Part shown: positions 38,503 through 47,371 of the stretch, one piece after another
How positions within the stretch are numbered: the first letter of the stretch is position 1
Layout of the letters: each line of letters starts with the position of its first letter
Source of the DNA: Candidatus Saccharimonadales bacterium
Lineage (GTDB): Bacteria; Patescibacteriota; Saccharimonadia; Saccharimonadales; SZUA-47
NCBI GenBank assembly: GCA_041737385.1
Contig: JBGSRU010000002.1
Coordinates: forward strand, 333,437-397,436
DNA length: 64,000 nt
Reading direction: 5' to 3'
Notes under the pieces: model-generated
Seen by the model: only the letters and a program-made list of their open reading frames with translations
Database searches by the model: none
Told to the model about the DNA's origin: nothing
Position numbers and translations under genes: made by a program

Positions 38503-39300
38503 ATGAAGTTATATTCTTGGAATGTGAACGGAATCAGAGCGGTCTGGAACAAAGGTTCGTTTCAGGCGTTTATAGAGGAGCATCAACCCGATATATTGTG
38601 TCTGCAAGAGACCAAAGCTCAACGCGACCAATCGCCAGTAGATTTACCTGATTACATTGAATACTGGCATAGCGCAGAGAAAAAAGGCTACAGCGGTACT
38701 GCGATATTTACAAAGACCGAGCCTCTTTTAGCCCAAAATGGCTTCTCAGAAGCAATTATGGACAAGTACGACTTTGCTGATTCGTTTGGCGATACGAGCA
38801 AAGAGGGAAGAGTGTTGACGCTGGAATTCCCTGAATTTTACGTTACAACCGTCTATACACCGAACAGCAAAGGCAAGTTAGAGCGACTACATATGCGTGA
38901 GGAAGTCTGGGGACCTGCCTACCAAGATCACTTGAAAGAATTACAATCTAAAAAGCCAGTGCTTGCTTGTGGTGACTTTAATGTCGCTCACAACGAAATA
39001 GATCTCGCTAGGCCTGCAGAGAACGTAGGCAAACATGGATTCACCGATGAAGAACGCAACGATTTTACTGAGCTACTTGAAACCGGCGTTATCGATACGT
39101 TCAGAAGCCTATATCCAGACGAGAAAGAAGCCTATAGCTGGTGGACGGCATGGGGCGGGGCACGCGAGCGTAATGTAGGCTGGCGGATAGACTACTGGCT
39201 GGCATCAGAAAGTCTAAAAGACCGTATTAAAGAAGCCAAAATCCACCCCGAAGTCATGGGTAGTGACCACTGTCCAGTGAGCATTGAACTACATCAGTAA
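38503..39300 (+). CDS. xth: exodeoxyribonuclease III
   Basis: MKLYSWNVNGIRA, CLQETK, GDFNVAH and SDHCPV motifs. Confidence 0.9.
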   Translation: MKLYSWNVNGIRAVWNKGSFQAFIEEHQPDILCLQETKAQRDQSPVDLPDYIEYWHSAEKKGYSGTAIFTKTEPLLAQNGFSEAIMDKYDFADSFGDTSKEGRVLTLEFPEFYVTTVYTPNSKGKLERLHMREEVWGPAYQDHLKELQSKKPVLACGDFNVAHNEIDLARPAENVGKHGFTDEERNDFTELLETGVIDTFRSLYPDEKEAYSWWTAWGGARERNVGWRIDYWLASESLKDRIKEAKIHPEVMGSDHCPVSIELHQ

Positions 39301-39309
39301 AAACAATAT

Positions 39310-39951
39310 CTATGCAGCCTTAATTAGTTCGAGTTCTGCTTTTTGTTTAGCGAACGATTCTTTGGCTTCTTTAAAGGTCTTGATAGAAGCGACTGCGCCC
39401 ACAGCTCGAGAAGCAACAAGTAGCGCTCGATAACTTCTGAAGTTAATTAATGGTGAAACTTCTCCGGTTTGTAGTGCATTCAAAAATCCGGTTTTCATTT
39501 TAGCTTTTTTAGAAGCCTTGACGTTAACACCGTCGGGAGCTTTAAATCTCTCTACAGTCATTGCAATGTCTCGGACGAGTATGCCTGTTTGTGGAACAGC
39601 CAAGGCAGCTGCAGTTAAAGTATGGCCAGCTTTATATATCCTATAAATTGACGCGTACGCTACTACATGATTAACGGCCTTGTCGGTAATGTCATCTAGC
39701 TGACTATTATATTTTTCAGAAGGGCTACCAAGCTGTTCAGCCAACCAAGCAAGCTTGCCATCTACAAAATCGCCCATAGCAACACCACCATGAACAGCTG
39801 AGAGTGCTACTGTACCGTATGCAGGAACATTTTGAACCCTATCCATTGATGCAATGCCAACTGCCTCAGCAACGCCGACTCCTGTTCGAAACCAAGTGGT
39901 AAAGTCAGCTCCAAAACGAGCGACGTTTGCTGCTGCTATATTTTTTTGCAT
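39310..39951 (-). CDS. membrane protein, weak CDP-alcohol phosphatidyltransferase-like motif
   Basis: DGKLAW…LDDITD loosely fits DGxxAR…DxxxD but has an insertion. Several moderately hydrophobic helices. Confidence 0.3.
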   Translation of the reverse strand: MQKNIAAANVARFGADFTTWFRTGVGVAEAVGIASMDRVQNVPAYGTVALSAVHGGVAMGDFVDGKLAWLAEQLGSPSEKYNSQLDDITDKAVNHVVAYASIYRIYKAGHTLTAAALAVPQTGILVRDIAMTVERFKAPDGVNVKASKKAKMKTGFLNALQTGEVSPLINFRSYRALLVASRAVGAVASIKTFKEAKESFAKQKAELELIKAA

Positions 39952-40011
39952 AATTTGATCAGATTGTACTTTGTTTAATAGTTATAAACAAAAGCGGTAT
40001 ACTAGTAGCTA

Positions 40012-40743
40012 ATGAGAAAGCAATTCGCAGTATTTGATATCGATGGAACTATATCGCGTACCAGCTTATTACAACTGATGGTTCGCGAGCTTGTTGCGCG
40101 CGGAAAACTCGGCATAGGTCCAGGCCGAGAAATTGAGATTATGCTCCATGATTATCGACAAAAAATAGCTGATGATGACTTTGGTGGCTACATGAAAAAA
40201 GCCGTCGACATCATGTTCAAAGGAATGCCAAATGGACTGCGAATTGAAGATTATAACGAAATTACCGATGCAATTGTCAAAATGTCACTTAGCAGTACTT
40301 ATGTATACACCCGCGAACTCGTACAGACGCTAAAGCGAAACAATTTCTTTCTTATCGCTATTTCTGGCTCTGAGGTTAAAGCAGTGAGCACTTTTGCACG
40401 GGCAATGGGGTTCGACGCTTGGGTAGGTGAAGTTAGCTACGCGCAAAAAGATGGCAAGCTGACCGGTGAGGTTAAAGCGCTTAAACAAACAAAAGCCGAA
40501 ATCCTTAATGCCATAATCAAGAAATTCGACCTCGACATCAAAGGCAGCACAGCAGTCGGTGATACAAGTAGCGATATAAGTGTCCTCGAAATGGTCGATA
40601 GCCCAATCGTGTTTAATCCTAACCAAGCATTGTTCAAAGTGGCGCGAGAAAGAGACTGGATGATAGTTCTGGAGCGCAAAGATATGGTGTACGGCATGGT
40701 CAAAGAAAACGGCCAGTACATACTAAAACAAGTCAACGCCTGA
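40012..40743 (+). CDS. HAD-superfamily hydrolase (SerB-like subfamily IB)
   Basis: Motif I FDIDGTI, motif II ISGS, motif IV GDTSSD. Confidence 0.75.
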   Translation: MRKQFAVFDIDGTISRTSLLQLMVRELVARGKLGIGPGREIEIMLHDYRQKIADDDFGGYMKKAVDIMFKGMPNGLRIEDYNEITDAIVKMSLSSTYVYTRELVQTLKRNNFFLIAISGSEVKAVSTFARAMGFDAWVGEVSYAQKDGKLTGEVKALKQTKAEILNAIIKKFDLDIKGSTAVGDTSSDISVLEMVDSPIVFNPNQALFKVARERDWMIVLERKDMVYGMVKENGQYILKQVNA

Positions 40744-40759
40744 AGAAGCACAAAATCCC

Positions 40760-40768
40760 TGTTACAAT
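40760..40768 (+). promoter_or_regulatory. extended -10 TGTTACAAT, 6 nt before ATG 40775
   Basis: TGnTACAAT followed by 6 nt and then ATG. Confidence 0.5.
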
Positions 40769-40774
40769 TAGAAT

Positions 40775-41506
40775 ATGAAACGGAAGTTTGCGGTTTTTGA
40801 TATTGATGGAACGTTTTTTCGTTCGCACCTATTCTGGGAAGTTGTTTTAGAACTTGCCAACAGAGAAATTCTGCACCCAAAGCTCAATGAATATACCGTC
40901 GACATGTACGATAAATGGAAAAGACGAGCGAATAAACGAGCCTTTGAGGATTTCGACTATGGAGTGGTTAACGAACTAAAGGAGCTGGTAACAGAACTTG
41001 ATCCGGTGATATACGACAGCGTCGTGAAAAAGGTTATCGAGTCGAAGCTTGACCACGTCTATACGTTTTCAAAAGGATTGTTGAAAGAGCTTAAAGGCAA
41101 AGGCTACTTTGTAATCGCAATTTCTGGCTCAAGACAAGAAGAAGTTGATATTTTTGCGCCGTACCATGGGTTTGACGATTGGATTGGTCAAAAGTTTGAA
41201 CGCTCCGCCGATGGCAAAAAATACACTGGCAATATTGAAGCAACCTACAAAGATAAACACATTACACTTGAGAAATTCGTCAAAAAACATGACCTTACAT
41301 ACGAAGGCAGTTATGCAATCGGAGACACAGGAGGCTATATATCTATGCTGGATGTCGTGGATAATCCAATTGCATTTAACCCAAACCATTTGCTGCTGGA
41401 GCATGCGCAGAAAAATGGCTGGAAAATAGTTTTAGAAAGAAAAAGTATTGTCTATACGTTGGAGGCACAAGATGGATCATACCTATTGGCTAAAACAGAC
41501 GTCTGA
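40775..41506 (+). CDS. HAD-superfamily hydrolase, tandem paralog
   Basis: Same 243-aa length and collinear motifs (FDIDGTF, ISGS, GDTGGY) as the upstream gene. Confidence 0.75.
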   Translation: MKRKFAVFDIDGTFFRSHLFWEVVLELANREILHPKLNEYTVDMYDKWKRRANKRAFEDFDYGVVNELKELVTELDPVIYDSVVKKVIESKLDHVYTFSKGLLKELKGKGYFVIAISGSRQEEVDIFAPYHGFDDWIGQKFERSADGKKYTGNIEATYKDKHITLEKFVKKHDLTYEGSYAIGDTGGYISMLDVVDNPIAFNPNHLLLEHAQKNGWKIVLERKSIVYTLEAQDGSYLLAKTDV

Positions 41507-42260
41507 GCCACTATTCCCAGATATTCTCTGGAGCCGACCTGAATCGAAAGCTGGAGCGGGGAAACTCGCTGTTATCGGTGGTAACTCTCACGGATTTAGC
41601 GCACCTGGTATTGCTTATATGAGCGCGTTGCAAGCAGGGGCAGGTGTTGTTCAAGCGATGTTGCCTGACGCGGTGAAAAAAGTAGTCAAGCACATGCTGC
41701 CGGCTGCCGAGTTTGCTCCAAGCACCCCTAGCGGGAGCTTCAATAAGCGCGCCTTGGATGATCTGGTGCGAATTAGTTCATGGGCGGACTGCACACTTCT
41801 TTCGGGCGACATTGGTCGCAACAGCGAAACAGCTATTCTGCTTGAAAACTTTGTTGAAAAATTCCAAGACAAGCTCGTTATTACACAGGACGCAGTTGAT
41901 TATTTTAAAGAAATCCCGCTGCAATTGGTTAATAGAGACCAGACGATAGTTGTATTGTCACTCAGCCAGCTGCAGAAAATGTTCATTAACACACCTACAA
42001 TTATGCCTATTACACTATCCATGAATACGCCGCAGCTCGTTGAAGCGCTACATAACTACACGATTGAGCACCAAGCATGTATTGTGACGAATCATAACGA
42101 CATGGTGTTCGTTGCTCATAAAGGGAAGGTGAGCACAACAAAGCATGAAGAAAAGATATGGCGAGTCGAAACTGCTGCAAAAATGAGCGTATGGTGGCTC
42201 CAGAATCCCGACAAGCTATTTGAAGCAACCACTTCGTCTCTATATCAAACCGATAAATAA
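41472..42260 (+). CDS. YjeF C-terminal-like carbohydrate kinase / NAD(P)HX dehydratase-like protein
   Basis: GAGKLAVIGGNSHGFSAPGIAYMSALQAGAGVV resembles the YjeF_C N-terminal block. I could not see the C-terminal GxGD motif. Confidence 0.45.
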   Translation: MDHTYWLKQTSEPLFPDILWSRPESKAGAGKLAVIGGNSHGFSAPGIAYMSALQAGAGVVQAMLPDAVKKVVKHMLPAAEFAPSTPSGSFNKRALDDLVRISSWADCTLLSGDIGRNSETAILLENFVEKFQDKLVITQDAVDYFKEIPLQLVNRDQTIVVLSLSQLQKMFINTPTIMPITLSMNTPQLVEALHNYTIEHQACIVTNHNDMVFVAHKGKVSTTKHEEKIWRVETAAKMSVWWLQNPDKLFEATTSSLYQTDK

Positions 42261-42895
42261 TAGCTCACTAGAATAACTACATGCATCATGAATCCATACG
42301 TTAACTGTTTGAGTAGATAATATGGCTTATCGCGTATCAAAAGTTGCGGCGCCAAAATTGCCAGGAATATCGAACAAACTAATACGAATATTCTAACGTC
42401 ACTTTTAAAAGAACTACTCAGAACAATTGATAGTATCCCAAGAATAAAAAGTGCTCCAAATAAATTTGCCGTTAAATCATGAGTAAAGATATGCTTATCT
42501 TTTCTTGGGATAAAATTGTTTAGCGCAAATAGCGTTACAGCGATAACAAATAGCGAGAATATATGCACTGGAAGCTTGTTCCAACTATTTAGCCACGCTA
42601 TAAAACCAGCGGTGTAAAATAGACAAGAAATTGCAAAAATTTTATGAGCAGGATCCTTAGAAACATGATCACTAAATGTAGCTGATGTGTTTACGCCCCA
42701 TCTTTTTAAAATAAATAACACTGTACTTATTAGAAGTAGGGTTGATAGTGGTCCAAGATATTGCATTGACTTAATTAAAACACACAAAAATAGTATTTTA
42801 ACTTTGAATTGCTTAACAGAGATATCGTCTCTATAATGTAGCGATAGGATTACCGCAGTAGTGGAATTCTTAGTGCAAAGTTCTGGCATTAACAA
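42245..42895 (-). CDS. polytopic membrane protein, hypothetical
   Basis: Several hydrophobic helices. The true start may be internal (MQYLGPLS…). Confidence 0.45.
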   Translation of the reverse strand: MLMPELCTKNSTTAVILSLHYRDDISVKQFKVKILFLCVLIKSMQYLGPLSTLLLISTVLFILKRWGVNTSATFSDHVSKDPAHKIFAISCLFYTAGFIAWLNSWNKLPVHIFSLFVIAVTLFALNNFIPRKDKHIFTHDLTANLFGALFILGILSIVLSSSFKSDVRIFVLVCSIFLAILAPQLLIRDKPYYLLKQLTYGFMMHVVILVSYYLSV

Positions 42896-42922
42896 TTACA
42901 CATAGTATCAATACCATTTGGG

Positions 42923-43008
42923 GCCGCGGTGGCGGAATTGGTATACGCGCACGACTCAAAATCGTGTTCCTTAACGGATTGAGGGTTCAAGTCCCTCCCG
43001 CGGCACCA
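42923..43008 (+). tRNA. tRNA-Leu (anticodon CAA), CCA encoded
   Basis: Hand-folded cloverleaf. Acceptor GCCGCGG/CCGCGGC. Anticodon stem CACGA/TCGTG with loop CTCAAAA. Long variable arm. T-arm GAGGG-TTCAAGT-CCCTC. Confidence 0.9.
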
Positions 43009-43137
43009 AATGAGATTGATACGTCAGACTTTAGAATCCTGTGAGCATTACGCTCGCAGAATGTAGGCAAGTCCGCCAAAGCGGTACCATGTTTTTCTGA
43101 CACATTACCTACTGACACTCAAAATGCTATACTGTTA

Positions 43138-44589
43138 ATGATTATGAGCACAAGTGATGAAAACAGTACGGCAAATGATGATTCAAACAACTTGCCACTC
43201 AAAAACGAAAAAGTAATTCAACCCCTAAGCAGCGGGCAGTCAAGCACGCTTAATATAACTGGATCAAGTGACGATCTGTTGGCTGAGTTACGTGCAAAAA
43301 CTGCTGCGCTTGCAGATCAAGTCAAAGGAGTAGATCATCCAAGTAGTCGGACGCTGGTGCTTGATAGTGAAAAACTTGATGAAGAAATTATCGATGCGTT
43401 GCAACAAGATAGAGTAGGAAGCATAGAGACGAGGCGGACTTCAAAAGACCTCAAAGATACATCTAATCCTGCAGTTGAACTTGTTCGAAACAAACTAGCT
43501 AGACTCTACAAAAAAGAGCCAGATGCCGCTGAAGAAGCACTCGAGTCATATCAAGCTGGTGCAGAAAGATCGAAACACCAAGAATTCATGTATACCTTGT
43601 CGACGTCCGGTAAATCATTAGCTGACATACAGACCGAGTGGCACGAGTATTACACAGCTTTGTCTGATGACGAAAAACATTCTGTTTGGAAAGAATTCTA
43701 TGAAGCCCAGAACCACCCCGCACAATATGCAGCCGCCCAACAAACACCAGCTCCACAACCAGAAAAAACCACAAGACGAACTCGTCAAACACAGATACAT
43801 GCGAGCGAACCACAAGATCAAAGAACCGTCAACGACATAAAAGAACAGCTCATGAATCGTGTGAACGCAGGGGGCAAGCTAACAGCTGTTCACCATGCGA
43901 AGTCACTACTGTTTGGACTTGGGTTGGCTGCATTTGTCGGACTCGTTATCACGTTCACATTTTTCAATGAAGTTTTTGTTGCACCATTCATAAGTCCGAG
44001 TCGTAGCGTTAGTGCGACGCCGATAATTGGTAGCCAGACCGGTGAAGTCGGACCTGATTCAAAGATAATCATTCCGAAGATTAACCTCGAAGTACCAGTT
44101 GTATTTGACCTCACCACTGTTGATGAAGCAACGATACAGAATTCATTAGAAAATGGAGTAGTTCACTATGCTACTTCTCCAAACCCCGGCGAAACTGGTA
44201 ACTCAGTTATCGTCGGGCACTCAAGTAATAATATTCTAAACTCTGGTAAATATAAATTTGCGTTTGTTCTGTTAAAACGGCTAGAGATAGACGATACCTT
44301 TTTCGTTCAACGTGGTGGCCAACGCTACACCTACAAAGTCTACAAAAAAGAAATAGTAGGCCCCAATGACGTATCCGTTCTGGACACGCAGGAAAAGCCA
44401 AATACAATGACGCTTATCACTTGTGATCCTCCGGGAACGTCAATCAATCGACTCATCGTTACCGCCGAACAAATCGCGCCAGATCCAGCAGGGAATAAGC
44501 CAAGCACAGCAATTCAGACGCCAGTTAGCGAAATAGAACAACTTCCATCAAACGCACCAAGTCTATGGTCGAGACTATGGCCATTTTAA
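43138..44589 (+). CDS. sortase-family transpeptidase with ~270-aa N-terminal extension
   Basis: His (VIVGHSS), TLITC catalytic Cys motif and downstream Arg (NRLIV). There is a TM just before the catalytic domain. Confidence 0.8.
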   Translation: MIMSTSDENSTANDDSNNLPLKNEKVIQPLSSGQSSTLNITGSSDDLLAELRAKTAALADQVKGVDHPSSRTLVLDSEKLDEEIIDALQQDRVGSIETRRTSKDLKDTSNPAVELVRNKLARLYKKEPDAAEEALESYQAGAERSKHQEFMYTLSTSGKSLADIQTEWHEYYTALSDDEKHSVWKEFYEAQNHPAQYAAAQQTPAPQPEKTTRRTRQTQIHASEPQDQRTVNDIKEQLMNRVNAGGKLTAVHHAKSLLFGLGLAAFVGLVITFTFFNEVFVAPFISPSRSVSATPIIGSQTGEVGPDSKIIIPKINLEVPVVFDLTTVDEATIQNSLENGVVHYATSPNPGETGNSVIVGHSSNNILNSGKYKFAFVLLKRLEIDDTFFVQRGGQRYTYKVYKKEIVGPNDVSVLDTQEKPNTMTLITCDPPGTSINRLIVTAEQIAPDPAGNKPSTAIQTPVSEIEQLPSNAPSLWSRLWPF

Positions 44590-44626
44590 TAGGCTACAAC
44601 CAAAAGTAAACTACTACCAAAACTTT

Positions 44627-46108
44627 CTACCTATCAGCTGCTGCACGCATAGAAGTTGTAATAAGACGAGAAGGTCCGCCTGCTTCTACTGGCGGCATGA
44701 ATGTATAGAACTGATCAAAATCTTTCTCCATAAACCCACCAAGAAGCGGATCCGACATGATTAAATCAAACACATTGCTCCCGTCAAAATCCATAATATA
44801 TTGTACACCATCGCTGCTAACGCTTATGTGTTGGCCATCGAGCCAGCGTAACTTCTGATTCGGATCGAGCGGCGCTTCGAGCTTAAACTGATATGATCTG
44901 TCGGCTTCAAACTCATGCGACGCAAAAGACTGACCTCCACGTGCAACAATAACGCTTGAGTCAGCAGATATCACAAGTTCTTCAGGATTCGGCACGCGTA
45001 AAACAGTTATTGGAACAGGGATTTTAGAAAACTCGTTATTTTTGATCTCGTTAACTGGATCTTTGTATATAATCACTCTATCTTCAGCTGGAGAACCGAT
45101 ACCTACCACTAGCGAGCTGCCAAGTTTTGAAATATCGAGCAAATAATTAGGACTTTGCTTTAGTGATCGAAGTTTATACGTTTCATTGCCGACCAACAAA
45201 TTCACCACTACCATGCCTTCTTCAGCTCCTTCGCTAGTCACGTACAGCAACTTATCATCATCATAACTAACATAATCAAGCACCTTATCAAGGACTAGTT
45301 CGGCCGTGCCATCAGTATTTGCACGGTATACCGTTTCTGAAACACGGTCATACAGGTAGACTGCGTTCTTTTTCCGTGAGCGTAAACTTACCTCTGTAAA
45401 AATAACAGTAGGAAAACGCGTACTAAGTTTAACAGATCTGTTTCCATCTTCTCTATCTATCAAAACATACTCTATCGTTGAGGCGGTTGTATACGATGCT
45501 AGAAACGTCTTGTTATCATCAGCCCAGTCGATGACTTCCCACGTTCCTGCTTCTTTAGTGTTAAGCAGATCAAGCGGTAACTGCAGTAGGTCAAGCCGTA
45601 ACTCATTTCTATTAAGATCAATAACTTGGAGCTGTAATGGGTTTTCTGTTGATGCCATAACCAGCCAGCGCTTGTCGATACTTTGACTTGCCATTGTTGG
45701 ATTCGCAACCAAGTTCAATGCTAACTCGCTATCAAGTGAAGAAGGAATAAGGCGAGCGTATGTGAGGCGACGCAAACTTCCGCCTTCTAAGACAAGCTCC
45801 CTTTGCCAATCTCGGTAGCCATCACGGCTCATTTTCACATCATACTCACCGGCAGGGATCACTAACCGTGCGTCAGTTCGACCGCGCTGTTTTTCACCAT
45901 TCAGATATATGTCTGCGGATTCAGGTTTGCTATCTAAATAAATCAGACCATTTTGAATAACTTCACCAGTTTGCCGGTCTATAGAGTACCCATTTACAAG
46001 ATATACTACGACGACTGTTCCAATAGCTATTGCAACTCCTAATAGAACGTACATAACCATTAGGCTGATCTTTTTACGCTGTTTCTTTTTGGGGTCTAGG
46101 TAATCCAT
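44627..46108 (-). CDS. membrane-anchored PEGA-domain protein
   Basis: N-terminal TM followed by a PEGA-type block (PESADIYLNGEKQRGRTDARLVIPAGEYDVKMSRDGYRDW). Confidence 0.7.
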   Translation of the reverse strand: MDYLDPKKKQRKKISLMVMYVLLGVAIAIGTVVVVYLVNGYSIDRQTGEVIQNGLIYLDSKPESADIYLNGEKQRGRTDARLVIPAGEYDVKMSRDGYRDWQRELVLEGGSLRRLTYARLIPSSLDSELALNLVANPTMASQSIDKRWLVMASTENPLQLQVIDLNRNELRLDLLQLPLDLLNTKEAGTWEVIDWADDNKTFLASYTTASTIEYVLIDREDGNRSVKLSTRFPTVIFTEVSLRSRKKNAVYLYDRVSETVYRANTDGTAELVLDKVLDYVSYDDDKLLYVTSEGAEEGMVVVNLLVGNETYKLRSLKQSPNYLLDISKLGSSLVVGIGSPAEDRVIIYKDPVNEIKNNEFSKIPVPITVLRVPNPEELVISADSSVIVARGGQSFASHEFEADRSYQFKLEAPLDPNQKLRWLDGQHISVSSDGVQYIMDFDGSNVFDLIMSDPLLGGFMEKDFDQFYTFMPPVEAGGPSRLITTSMRAAADR

Positions 46109-46254
46109 AGGTGCTGATTTTGCTACTTTCTACAAACTACATTATGTCATATTTTGTATAAAATTGTTATACAATTATCCTTGCGTATGTTGCATATTCA
46201 AGATACGATATATGATAGAACGGGTAACAACATTAGTAACAGAGGTAATACAGC

Positions 46255-47358
46255 GTGGGAACACAACATCAAGATGTTATAGAGATAAATGGTAAAAAAT
46301 ACGACGCTGTCTCAGGCAGATTAATCGACAAAAATCAAACAACCAATCAAATCACTACTATGCAGCCTACAGTGAAGCGAACTAACGGAGTTGCGGTCGA
46401 TGGATTTGTTAAAAGCACACATGCAATTCGTAAGGTGCAACATCAAAAAAAACCATTGCAAAAATCTCAAACGTTAATGCGAACTGCAGTCAAAAAACCT
46501 ATAGCAACTACTAAAACACCTCGACCAACTACGGTTGCAGGCATCTCAAAACCGCAGCTTGGAAGCTCAGCGCATCGTCAAAAGCTAGCCGCAGAAACCA
46601 TCAAAAGTCCACAAATATCTAAGTTCGGAAGCGCAGAACACCGAACCTCGATTGTTAAAAAAGTTCAAGACTTGCCTGTAAAGCAAGTTGTTCAGCATGC
46701 AACCCACCATGAAACTGCAACACTGCAAGCTCATCATGCAGTGCAAGCGCAACCAAGTGCATCACACTTGGCTCCTTCGAGAAGCAAAGCAACGTCAGCA
46801 CTCATCGAGAAAGCTCTCACAAATGCAACAGCACATGAACAACCCCTACATTCTGTTGAGCACGGTAAAAAGCGAAGGAAAATCGCTCACAAACTCGGTA
46901 TTAGTGCCCGCGCCATGGCAGTAAGTTCGAGCGTACTTGCGGGTGTCTTACTTGGTGGGTTTTTTGCACTTCAAAACGTGCCAAACCTCTCCATGAGAGT
47001 TGCAGCAGCGCGCGCTGGCTTCAACGCAAGTATGCCAGGCTACAATCCGTCAGGATTTAGCTTCAAAGGACCAATTAATTACAGCCCAGGACAAGTAACC
47101 GTTTCTTTCAGCTCAAACACTGATGATCGCCAATACAACGTCACACAAAGAGCAAGCAATTGGAATAGTGACGCACTCCTGTCTAATTTTGTTGCCGTAG
47201 ACAGCAATCAGTATCAAACGTACCTTGATCGAGGTCGAACATTATATATTTATGATGGTTCCAATGCAACATGGGTAGATAACGGCATCTGGTATCAGAT
47301 AGAAGGCAAGTCGGCAATGACTACTGACCAACTTGTTCGTATCGCTGCTAGCATCTAA
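46255..47358 (+). CDS. membrane-anchored hypothetical protein
   Basis: GTG start. Basic/His-rich N-terminal half, a central TM, and a beta-rich C-terminal domain. Confidence 0.45.
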   Translation: MGTQHQDVIEINGKKYDAVSGRLIDKNQTTNQITTMQPTVKRTNGVAVDGFVKSTHAIRKVQHQKKPLQKSQTLMRTAVKKPIATTKTPRPTTVAGISKPQLGSSAHRQKLAAETIKSPQISKFGSAEHRTSIVKKVQDLPVKQVVQHATHHETATLQAHHAVQAQPSASHLAPSRSKATSALIEKALTNATAHEQPLHSVEHGKKRRKIAHKLGISARAMAVSSSVLAGVLLGGFFALQNVPNLSMRVAAARAGFNASMPGYNPSGFSFKGPINYSPGQVTVSFSSNTDDRQYNVTQRASNWNSDALLSNFVAVDSNQYQTYLDRGRTLYIYDGSNATWVDNGIWYQIEGKSAMTTDQLVRIAASI

Positions 47359-47371
47359 CCAATAGGAGTCT

